Shown piece after piece: positions 55,970-64,000 of a stretch of 64,000 nucleotides of DNA. The notes under the pieces are model-generated. The model searched no databases. It saw only the letters and a program-made list of their open reading frames with translations, and was not told where the DNA came from. The position numbers and the translations under genes are program-made. Location: assembly GCA_027923505.1 (NCBI GenBank), contig BROI01000012.1:62001-126000 (forward strand), written 5' to 3'. The stretch is from Mayamaea pseudoterrestris (Eukaryota). How positions within the stretch are numbered: the first letter of the stretch is position 1; every line of letters begins with the position of its first letter.

Positions 55970-57601
55970 TCAGTTCGCCAACAGCTGCATGAGCTCGCCT
56001 GCCAGCGTTCGACATTTCGTATCATCCATGCTGTCGCCATTATCCTCCAATGCTACCTGCGACAAGCTCTCAAGAGCTCCCATTTTTGCTAGCAAAGACT
56101 TAACATCGGTATCGATATCGACCGACGGCTTTAGCATTCGTCCAATCGTCATGAGCTTGCAAAGCCGACAAGTAGCATCTTTCTCATCGGCAAAGGACAT
56201 TGACGAGCAAACAAGTGGCACCTGCAACTCGCCAATGCCTCCTCCTACCGCAACCACCAAGGCTGCATTATATACAAAGGCGCATACCGCCTGCCGAGCT
56301 GGTAGCGCTGTTTGTGTACAAGCATGGTACGCAGCAGCATCAAAGAGAAGTTGCAGGTTTGAATCTTTACAGCATGACAATCCATGCACACCAATGGCGT
56401 TGGCACAAGTCAGCCAAGCGGCTGCCAAGGCCGAAGGCGGCTTTAAAATGCCACCCGACAAAGAAGCGCCCATCCTTACTTCCGTTATCACTCTCGCCAA
56501 ACACGGCTTGACCGCCGAATGCCAACTTGCGTCTTGATTCCGTCGCAAAACGAGAATGCGCAGAAGAAGTAGCGCAAACGAAACACTTTTTTGTTCCGCC
56601 AAACTGTGCGAAATAACCCCGCCAATCGATTCCACCAGCGCACTTGGAAGGGCTCCAATTCGCAGATTGCTTTCGGACAAGAGTTTGACAGACTCCTGCA
56701 AGTCTGACTTGGTTTCTTCGTTACTCGCAAGCGCAGACAGCTTGTTGGCGCAAAGAGGAAGCATGCTGGTCTCCTTGGAGAGGAGCGGTGCCGTGAACGA
56801 GTCCAAGCATGTCGTCAGAGTCTCGGCGTCGACACTTGAAGTAATTCGATTGTCTCTCACAGCCGCGGGGCTAGATGAGGTTGCTGATTGCTGACGGTTT
56901 AAGGGAGCAGTCGTCGCCCATGGATTGCTATTGGTATTGCTTATACTTGCTGCAGCTCTTTCTTTACGCTGTAAGTCCACTGATCGCGCAGCGCTATTCG
57001 AAAACGGCGCATGCACTTGCTCCGACCCTTCCGCTCGAGTCACCTGCATGTTCTGCAGCATGGGTCGAATCATCTGGCCCATTGGCGAAGCCAAGACCCT
57101 TTGCGGAACGTCAAGAATGTCATGCGGTACACCCCGCGTCAATCGCAAACCAATCAAGGCAGCGTCATGACTAAAATGGTTGCAGTTGCACTGGAACAAG
57201 TCGTACGCTGCTGCACTGAAGCGTCCAGAATGCATTTGCGCCACGCACCAAGCTTCAAAGTCTGCTTGCGATACGCATGTTCTTCCCAAATCAAGTTCCT
57301 GCAAGGGAAACATTTGCACGGATCGTCGAAAGGCAGCTGGAGCTTCCGATTGAATGCCGGCTCCGAAAAAGTATTCCATTCCGTAAACAATAATGGCTGA
57401 ATTGTAAAAAGAGATAGAGCAATGATGAGAGGTTAAGCTAACACGACGCGTAGCGAAACGCTGTTTGTTCTTTCCAGCAGCTGGCTCACCAGTGTGAGGA
57501 ATCATGTCGAGCGGAACACCGAGAAACTGCGCCGACAAGCTGCGCGCCATGCCGCGAGACAAGTCATAGACGGCGAGTTTAACTGGAAAGGTTTCTGACA
57601 T
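55970..57601 (-). CDS. PPPDE/DeSI-like desumoylating isopeptidase with a C-terminal helical (PUL-like) region (exons 57601-57490, 57396-55970)
   Basis: VKLAVYDLSRGMA; spliced HTAIIVYGMEYFFGAGI (catalytic His); YDLFQCNCNHFS (catalytic Cys); 93-bp GTGAG...TTCAG intron. Confidence 0.92.
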   Translation of the reverse strand: MSETFPVKLAVYDLSRGMARSLSAQFLGVPLDMIPHTGEPAAGKNKQRFATRRVSLTSHHCSISFYNSAIIVYGMEYFFGAGIQSEAPAAFRRSVQMFPLQELDLGRTCVSQADFEAWCVAQMHSGRFSAAAYDLFQCNCNHFSHDAALIGLRLTRGVPHDILDVPQRVLASPMGQMIRPMLQNMQVTRAEGSEQVHAPFSNSAARSVDLQRKERAAASISNTNSNPWATTAPLNRQQSATSSSPAAVRDNRITSSVDAETLTTCLDSFTAPLLSKETSMLPLCANKLSALASNEETKSDLQESVKLLSESNLRIGALPSALVESIGGVISHSLAEQKSVSFALLLLRILVLRRNQDASWHSAVKPCLARVITEVRMGASLSGGILKPPSALAAAWLTCANAIGVHGLSCCKDSNLQLLFDAAAYHACTQTALPARQAVCAFVYNAALVVAVGGGIGELQVPLVCSSMSFADEKDATCRLCKLMTIGRMLKPSVDIDTDVKSLLAKMGALESLSQVALEDNGDSMDDTKCRTLAGELMQLLAN

Positions 57602-57697
57602 GACTAAGGTAGCGACTGCAATGTATGCTGCCAATCATGTTAATGTGGGCGATGCATGTCGAACAAGACGGAGCAGGTCGATCTTGCGTCTTCTCAG

Positions 57698-57863
57698 GGC
57701 AATAGTACGAAACGAGTGCCAGTGTCAATTACGTCTCAAGGCTATAGTACGAAACGAGTGCCAGTGAGAACGAAGCCTAAGGCATTAGTATGAAACGGGT
57801 GCCAGTGAAAACTGCAACATGGAGGCAATACTACGAAACGAGTGCCAGTGAAAACTGCGTCAG
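57698..57863. repeat. 42-bp minisatellite, ~4 units (same family)
   Basis: GAAACG(A/G)GTGCCAGTG core every 41-42 nt. Confidence 0.92.
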
Positions 57864-59225
57864 CAAGGTTCACGCCGAGGATCCATTTTGTGGACGCAAC
57901 ATTTATTTCATCACCATGGCGCCGTCACTTTGGCGCTCATTGCTGCGAGACGGCCACGACAAGGCTCTCAATTCTTGTCATGCTGTTACTAAGAACATGA
58001 TGCTCTTGTCTGGCTTGGAACTGTTTCTGGTCCAGCAAAAAGCAGCGTGTTGAGCATCGACCGACGCGAAAAATATTCACTGCGTTACCGCCAAGGATTG
58101 CATAAAGTCCTTTCATCACTCAAAGGTTTCCAATCTTTTTCAAGCCAACGGCGACATCATACAATACTGTCTCGCGCAGATTCTTCTTTTGCATTCTGCA
58201 TCATGCTTCTACCAAACGACTCTATCACTTATCAAACGGTCCATGGGATAAGAAGCACCCAATGTACCGGACGCTACCAGTTGCTTTCTAAATACGTTCC
58301 AGAGATTTAATGAACGTTAAGAAAGATGTTTAGTCGAGAGTCATGAGATTCCAAGATTGGTTTGACAATGTGTGCCCTCTGCCTCATCGCGCACTCGAGC
58401 GACATGTGTTATCCTTCTCTACAAGCTTACTTGCGAGTGAATGGACGTGAGCAATGATTGTGCGAGAACCACTGGAACGACTTGTGAATGCAAACTTCTA
58501 CTACAAGGGTACGCAGAACCACCAGATGCAGCCTTGCTGCTGTCGGGAATTGAAGGCGAGGACGATGACGATTCTTGCTACGACGAGAATGCGCCAACAA
58601 ACAGAATAGCAACGCCCAAGCAATTCTACAATTTACTAGAGTGTTCTTGTCAAAAAAAGACCTATGGTCAGTGAGGTTGAAAGCAAGATGGAAGAACGAT
58701 TGGGCATTGACAACGTTTTATACTTGATTCGGCATCATAAACGTTTAGACTTTCGCTTGCAATGATCCGAACTGAAAACACCAGTCGCTTCGACGCGATG
58801 TAAATTGGTACAAGATTCTGAGTTTAGTTATAAGATACAATATTAGCACATTGGGCAATGCCCGTCAACATTCGAAAGGGGGCGCACGGGACGAGCATGG
58901 CGCCGACGGATGGCCGCGCGCAATGGAGGCGCCATGTTTGAAGGATTCGTCACGGCACATGATGCAATTGGCTTGAGCAGTAACTGATGGACTACTGTAG
59001 CAGGGAGCGTCAGCGGGCGGCACTGTCTCATCAAGGCGTTGGTAGCAAATGATGTTTTTTACCATTTTGCGCGTGCCTGAAGGAGCGGCTTCCGTCGACA
59101 AGTAAGCGAGACACGAACAATTTGCAGACAAATGCGTATCATTGGCGTGTTCTTGCCTTCAAGTTGCGTAAACTCGCCGACTTAACTTTGAAGCTGATTC
59201 TGCTACTTCGTCGTCTTTTGAAAGG

Positions 59226-60230
59226 TTATTTTGTCATTATTCCGCTCTCATCGTCGCGGCAGCCGTCACAGCGAAATACTCCATCGAACTTTCCATCGCA
59301 AATGAAGCGCAGGCTCCTGGGAGCGTAAATAGGGCCGACATTGTGATCCACAAACTTGGCACCGGAACACAACATGTCCGCTCCAGCCCAGAGACGCCGT
59401 GGGATTGGCGGTAGCACCGTCTGGTCAAGATTATCGAGCAGCTTTTGTAATGGGCAGCTTTTGAAACGCTACGGCAGGTATTCGTCGTTGCTGTCATAGC
59501 AAACCAGATCCATATCAGCGTGACCAAATCTATATGAGCGTCGGGGCGCTCCAGGCACCCAAGCCTTAAAATAAGGCAGTTCAACTATGGGTCGAAATGT
59601 AAAGAAATCGACAAGACCGAGCATGGCACCACTACAAGCCCTTGCTCGACCAAGGCAAAGACTTGGTCGGTGGAAATGGAACGAACAGCGGGGCGATTGT
59701 GGAAACGTACTCTTGTACGTCGGCTCGACGTTGTGTTATAAGGAAACGTCGTACTGGTGAAACACTGCTGGCTTCAAAAAGTGATTCCTTCCCAATACCC
59801 GCAATTTTTTGTGATTCAAGGCAGCCCTTTTCATTTCTTCTTCGCTCATTGCCGCGGAGATGCGCTTGAAGCCCATATTGGTCAGTGCTTTTTCGACCAA
59901 TGGGCACGGGAAAGTTGTGACACAAGTTAGATTCACTTTCATTCCAAGGTCAAGTCAACACACCGACGGTCAGTATGACTTCAGCTTTCCCAAAGAAGCC
60001 GCCAGGTTGGCCAATAGATTCCGCGCTATTTCGTATTGCTTCTTGATCAAAAAGGCATTATTCTCGCTACGGATTGCTCGGCTGATTACAAAGGCCGCTA
60101 TTAACACTTGATATTCGTTGGTTGCCGCACGATCATAAGCAGGAACGATGTCAACAATCGTGTGTAGCTTTTGATGGAAATCAGCTCTGCCGACGCAATC
60201 GGTCCGATGACTTCGCCATCGGCGCAAACT
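59226..60230 (-). pseudogene. Decayed paralogue of the 60343/62640 gene family
   Basis: Fragments ARNLLANLAASLGKLKS, TFPCPLVEKALTNMGF and IYAPRSLRFICDGKFD match ARNRLANLDTTLKKLKS, TFACPLVGELLRNKSF and LYKPTCLRYICSGRFD, in different frames. Confidence 0.8.
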
Positions 60231-60342
60231 CTCTAGAGCGAATAATACTTAAGGAATAGCATGGAATTGATATTTCATAAAAGTGCTACTGGTTTATAAA
60301 TCCGAAGGCAATATATCTTATGCATCAAGCGTCATTATCGAC

Positions 60343-62160
60343 TTATAGCCACACATTTCGCTCTCGCACTGTCGACACCGCAACTTCGCGCATCCCAAGG
60401 CTAGCGCTTGCCACATCGAATCTACCACTACAAATGTAGCGAAGGCATGTTGGCTTGTAAAGAGCTTCCAAATCCTCATCTCCTGCAAGTTCAGAGCCGC
60501 GTTTCTTAGCGTTGAGCCAAAAGAGAAATGATGCGACCAAGGATATCGTTACGTTGATATTTTTACGCGCAGCTTTGTAAGCAGATCGAGGCGAATGCTT
60601 GTACTTGATGTACCACATCACCCAGTGTACTCCAAGTAGCCGGTCCATGTCTATTCGGTCATCACGAACACGCTTGCTCGTCAAACCAGCCATCAAGCGT
60701 GTCCCAAACTCTGCTTGTCCGAACGGAAAATGTGCCAAAGCAAACATAGCTTTTGCCAAATCTCCATTTTCAATATCATCGGCAATTCCACCAGTAAGCT
60801 TGAGGGCTACAGAAGGAAGGTCGGGAAACTGTTCGAGAAAAATTGGCTTGAGCGTCGCATGCAGCCGGTGGCTTGGTTTCAAAAATTCTGCACTAAGAAA
60901 GTCGCAGTCAATCACAGCTTGGAACTTGGCGTTTAGCGTGTTCGCAGTCATCTCCAGATCATCGTCGCTGACTCTTGTCGGAGCCCGCAAAAAGCTCTTG
61001 TTTCGCAACAACTCACCGACCAACGGACATGCAAACGTGACATTCAACTCCGAGTCCGTCGTTCGATCCAAAACAAAATCACTGATCTCAGGCAGTAGCT
61101 TGCTCTTGAGCTTTTTGAGAGTCGTATCAAGATTAGCAAGCCGGTTCCGTGCAGCCTTGAGCGTCACCTGTCGTCGAAGTTCCCATCGAATAGTATCGGC
61201 CGCGCGTCCACGCTCCTCGCCAACTTTTAGAGCCGCCTTGAACTGTTCCAACGTATAAGGGGCATTATCGTCAATAAGTACTTCCCCAATTACGTCCTTG
61301 ATTGGTTTGTCCGGATCAGAAATTACAATCTCCTTGATCGCTTCCAAACGTTCCATCGCCATGATAGGACCGACGCGGACACCTTCAATCGAGTTCGACT
61401 GGACAAACATGGTCAACAGCTTAATACTGTTTTCTGAAGGAGTGTCAAGAGCACGCTCGGTAATCTTGTGACTGACTGAATGATGGTTTTGTAGTATTAA
61501 TCGAAAGCGAGCGAGACTCGCAGCGTCAAATCCCTCCAATGTATGTTCCTCCTCCTGCGCCTCGCGGCCATTGCGACATCCGTCACAGTAAAACCGACCA
61601 TACTGACAAAGATTCCGCCAATTGCTATGCAAGCTGACGTTGCAAACTTCGCATCCTTTCGCATTTACAAGCTGCAGCAGCCGAAAAGGCGAGGGGGCGT
61701 AGCAATTTTGATCCGTTAGCGCGTTATTCACGGCTTCGATGTTGGATCTTGCCTTCTTATCACCCGAAACAAAGGCGCTCTTGACTACCATTTCCATGCT
61801 CAGCTTGCTTCGCAAAAATTTCGAGCTTAGTGCAAGCGTTAAAAGCTCTCGATGGCCAACGAAATCCATAACGAGTCCAATCGCATCCAAGTCCAACGCA
61901 GCTAATTTTTTCGCGTCACTCTTGCGACGACGCTTGGTAGCAGGCGGCTTTTTGTATGCAGGCTTCTTCCGAGCTCTCTTCTTTTTAGTCGCAGCATTGT
62001 CGTCTTCGCTCTCCGAAGTAACGCTACTCATTTCATGTTCCTCCACTGCCGCGTCCATCTCCAAGTCGCCGCCTTCGTCCTCCTCAAAAATTGACGGATT
62101 AACTTTATCGAGCGCTGCGGCTACATGGCGCTTTCGCAGAGTCATTCGAGTTGCACTCAT
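60343..62160 (-). CDS. Hypothetical protein with basic N-terminus, F-box-like motif and Cys cluster
   Basis: 605-aa ATG ORF; KKKRARKK/KRRRK NLS-like stretches; LDLDAIGLVMDFVGHRELLTLALSSKFLR resembles an F-box; CEVC...C...YCDGC. Paralogous to the neighbouring ORF. Confidence 0.8.
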   Translation of the reverse strand: MSATRMTLRKRHVAAALDKVNPSIFEEDEGGDLEMDAAVEEHEMSSVTSESEDDNAATKKKRARKKPAYKKPPATKRRRKSDAKKLAALDLDAIGLVMDFVGHRELLTLALSSKFLRSKLSMEMVVKSAFVSGDKKARSNIEAVNNALTDQNCYAPSPFRLLQLVNAKGCEVCNVSLHSNWRNLCQYGRFYCDGCRNGREAQEEEHTLEGFDAASLARFRLILQNHHSVSHKITERALDTPSENSIKLLTMFVQSNSIEGVRVGPIMAMERLEAIKEIVISDPDKPIKDVIGEVLIDDNAPYTLEQFKAALKVGEERGRAADTIRWELRRQVTLKAARNRLANLDTTLKKLKSKLLPEISDFVLDRTTDSELNVTFACPLVGELLRNKSFLRAPTRVSDDDLEMTANTLNAKFQAVIDCDFLSAEFLKPSHRLHATLKPIFLEQFPDLPSVALKLTGGIADDIENGDLAKAMFALAHFPFGQAEFGTRLMAGLTSKRVRDDRIDMDRLLGVHWVMWYIKYKHSPRSAYKAARKNINVTISLVASFLFWLNAKKRGSELAGDEDLEALYKPTCLRYICSGRFDVASASLGMREVAVSTVRERNVWL

Positions 62161-62639
62161 TGTAGAATTAGCAATATTCGTTATGACTGAAAGATGCTGC
62201 TTTCTCGTTTGCGCGAATATCGCAAATGGATCCGAAAATCCTCGTCCGTCCGTGCGCTCACGAGTCTTGCCGTTTCCAAAGCAGTCTGGACTACCGGTAC
62301 GTTACAAAGACTGCTAAAGATCTTTTGAAAATTGTAGCTGCCCCTGAAGCTAAATGATTAGTTGAATATGTGTACTCGCTTCAATAGCAAGGCGAGAGCG
62401 AGTTGGAGTCTATTCGCTTGAGCGGTCTGCACCCATGGTTGTCACGTTGTCGCGCCCGACGACGATCAAAAGTCCGCGAATACCGGTGCGTCGTGAGCTA
62501 GCATGCGTGGTGAAATTAATCGCGGCGAGACGGAATCTTGGGCAACCTACGTAGTACTACATTTTATTGCACGCGAGCGAGAACAATGTGCCAGCTTATG
62601 TAAGTAGAATAAGTCGCTATTACAGGTTGGATGTGACTA

Positions 62640-64000
62640 TCAATTCACGACATTGGCATCAGCGTTGTCACGAGGATTGTCATCCGCATTGGCATTCGCC
62701 CCATTGGCATTTGCAGCCACATTGTTGTTGATCTGCGCAAGCCCATAGCGATAGTCGAGATCACGCCAAAGATACATAAAGTTTCCATTTTCAATCTGAG
62801 CAAGCCGCGAAGGAGTGCAAATGCTGGTGCAGCAGAAGTCGTACTTATCATATGAGAAATGATCCGTTCCTTCGATCCAAAGCAAAAATGCCTTTGCCTT
62901 GACAACCATGTCAATCCACTTTGCGGAAGCCTCCGTGTACGCCTCTCGGGGCTGTTGCATGTGCTTCTTGTAGCATTTGACCCAGTACGCTCCAACTAGT
63001 TTTACCAAATCAGCGTCGATCGCGTCAGTATTGATTTCGTTGACAAGTCCACCGAGAATTTCCTTGCCAAACTCTGGCGTATGATACTTAAAGGCTGCAA
63101 GTGAGGTACTTGCGTCAAATAGTTTATTCTCTTCAATCATGCCCAACACTGCATTGGTCAACTTCGGCACAACACTTGCGAGATCGGGAAACTTCTTTGA
63201 TAACATTATCTTGAGTTGGACCTCATATGGACTGCCATTCGCCAGGAAGTCAAAGGATAGCAGGTTTGAGTCCAACAACATTTTAATCTTCTTGTTGATG
63301 GTGACAGCAGCTACATTTATATCCTTGCTTGTGACTTTGGTCGGCGCTCGGACAAAGCCCCTGAGAAGGTTGTCGACAAATGGACAATCAAAAATGACGG
63401 CTCCCTTCTCGTTCACCGAATGCTTCAAAATAAAGTCTCGCGTGCGCACCCGCAGTTTTGCTTGTAGATCAAATAGGAGCGGCTCTACTTTGTACTGTCG
63501 ATTTACTGCAGCTTTGAGAGCAGCCTCCTGTCGGCGCTCGCGACGAATTATCGCAGCTTTTTTGGCAAGCTCCTGCGCAGCGACTCGAGCCTCCATAAAC
63601 TCCTTGTAGCGCGCGCTGGACGTGGTATCGTACCCGAGAACAAAATCGACAATCTTGCTGACTGGTTGAGCTGGATACTGCTTGACCAACTTTAGAATTT
63701 GATGCATATGTCGACGAGTGCAAATTGGACCAATCGCCTCGCCTCCGCGCCGCTGCTGTTGCAAAAACGTTACAGACCATACAACCGCTAAACAGTTGAA
63801 AGGATATGTGGTCATCTCGACACTAGTGGTATCAACTGTGCACAAGAGTCGTTTGTCCCAGATGGCTGCATTACAGCGAGATCTGCCACGATTGCCTCGC
63901 CAAGTAACAGTCAAGGCTTTTGCCTGTCGCTTTTCGAAACAGTCTTCACAGCAAAACAAGCCATGAAGAAGGGAAATATAATAATTTCCAGGTTCGTTGC
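62640..64000 (-). CDS. Paralogue of 60343-62160, 5' part outside the window
   Basis: Frame open to the window edge; shared blocks FCCEDC, GEAIGPI, FDCPFVDNLLRGFVRAPTKV, KFPDLASV, AFLLWI. Confidence 0.8.
   Translation of the reverse strand, partial: NEPGNYYISLLHGLFCCEDCFEKRQAKALTVTWRGNRGRSRCNAAIWDKRLLCTVDTTSVEMTTYPFNCLAVVWSVTFLQQQRRGGEAIGPICTRRHMHQILKLVKQYPAQPVSKIVDFVLGYDTTSSARYKEFMEARVAAQELAKKAAIIRRERRQEAALKAAVNRQYKVEPLLFDLQAKLRVRTRDFILKHSVNEKGAVIFDCPFVDNLLRGFVRAPTKVTSKDINVAAVTINKKIKMLLDSNLLSFDFLANGSPYEVQLKIMLSKKFPDLASVVPKLTNAVLGMIEENKLFDASTSLAAFKYHTPEFGKEILGGLVNEINTDAIDADLVKLVGAYWVKCYKKHMQQPREAYTEASAKWIDMVVKAKAFLLWIEGTDHFSYDKYDFCCTSICTPSRLAQIENGNFMYLWRDLDYRYGLAQINNNVAANANGANANADDNPRDNADANVVN

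Overview
Eukaryotic genomic DNA, most likely from a diatom or another stramenopile. This is an inference from the short 77-93 bp GT-AG introns, the CoDi-like Copia elements and a plastid-type CtpA. The left ~22.5 kb is repeat-rich. A 169-bp satellite is interrupted by an unclassified ~1.3 kb insert that itself carries a Ty1/Copia element with a chromo-like domain (1628-8303, TSD TTCTC), and by an RT-deleted tyrosine-recombinase retrotransposon with Ngaro-type split direct repeats (9224-14146). Two further ~180-bp tandem repeat families follow, then a second Copia element with identical 211-bp LTRs (17245-22469, TSD GACGA). The primer-binding position of this second element is complementary to its own LTR rather than to a tRNA 3' end, a candidate for Tf1-like self-priming. 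The gene-rich block at 22.7-46.3 kb encodes a GST, a multicopper oxidase with a Cys-rich tail, CtpA, an atypical ARFRP1-like GTPase, a BTB protein plus a pseudogene, two tandem heliorhodopsins, a class 3 lipase, a frameshifted alpha/beta hydrolase, an SPX-MFS transporter and a DTW protein. The right part holds a 6.3-kb 168-bp satellite, a PPPDE/DeSI peptidase flanked by a dispersed 42-bp minisatellite, and a tandem family of F-box-like/Cys-motif proteins with a decayed copy. All calls are by eye from sequence and motif recall; no database searches were run.
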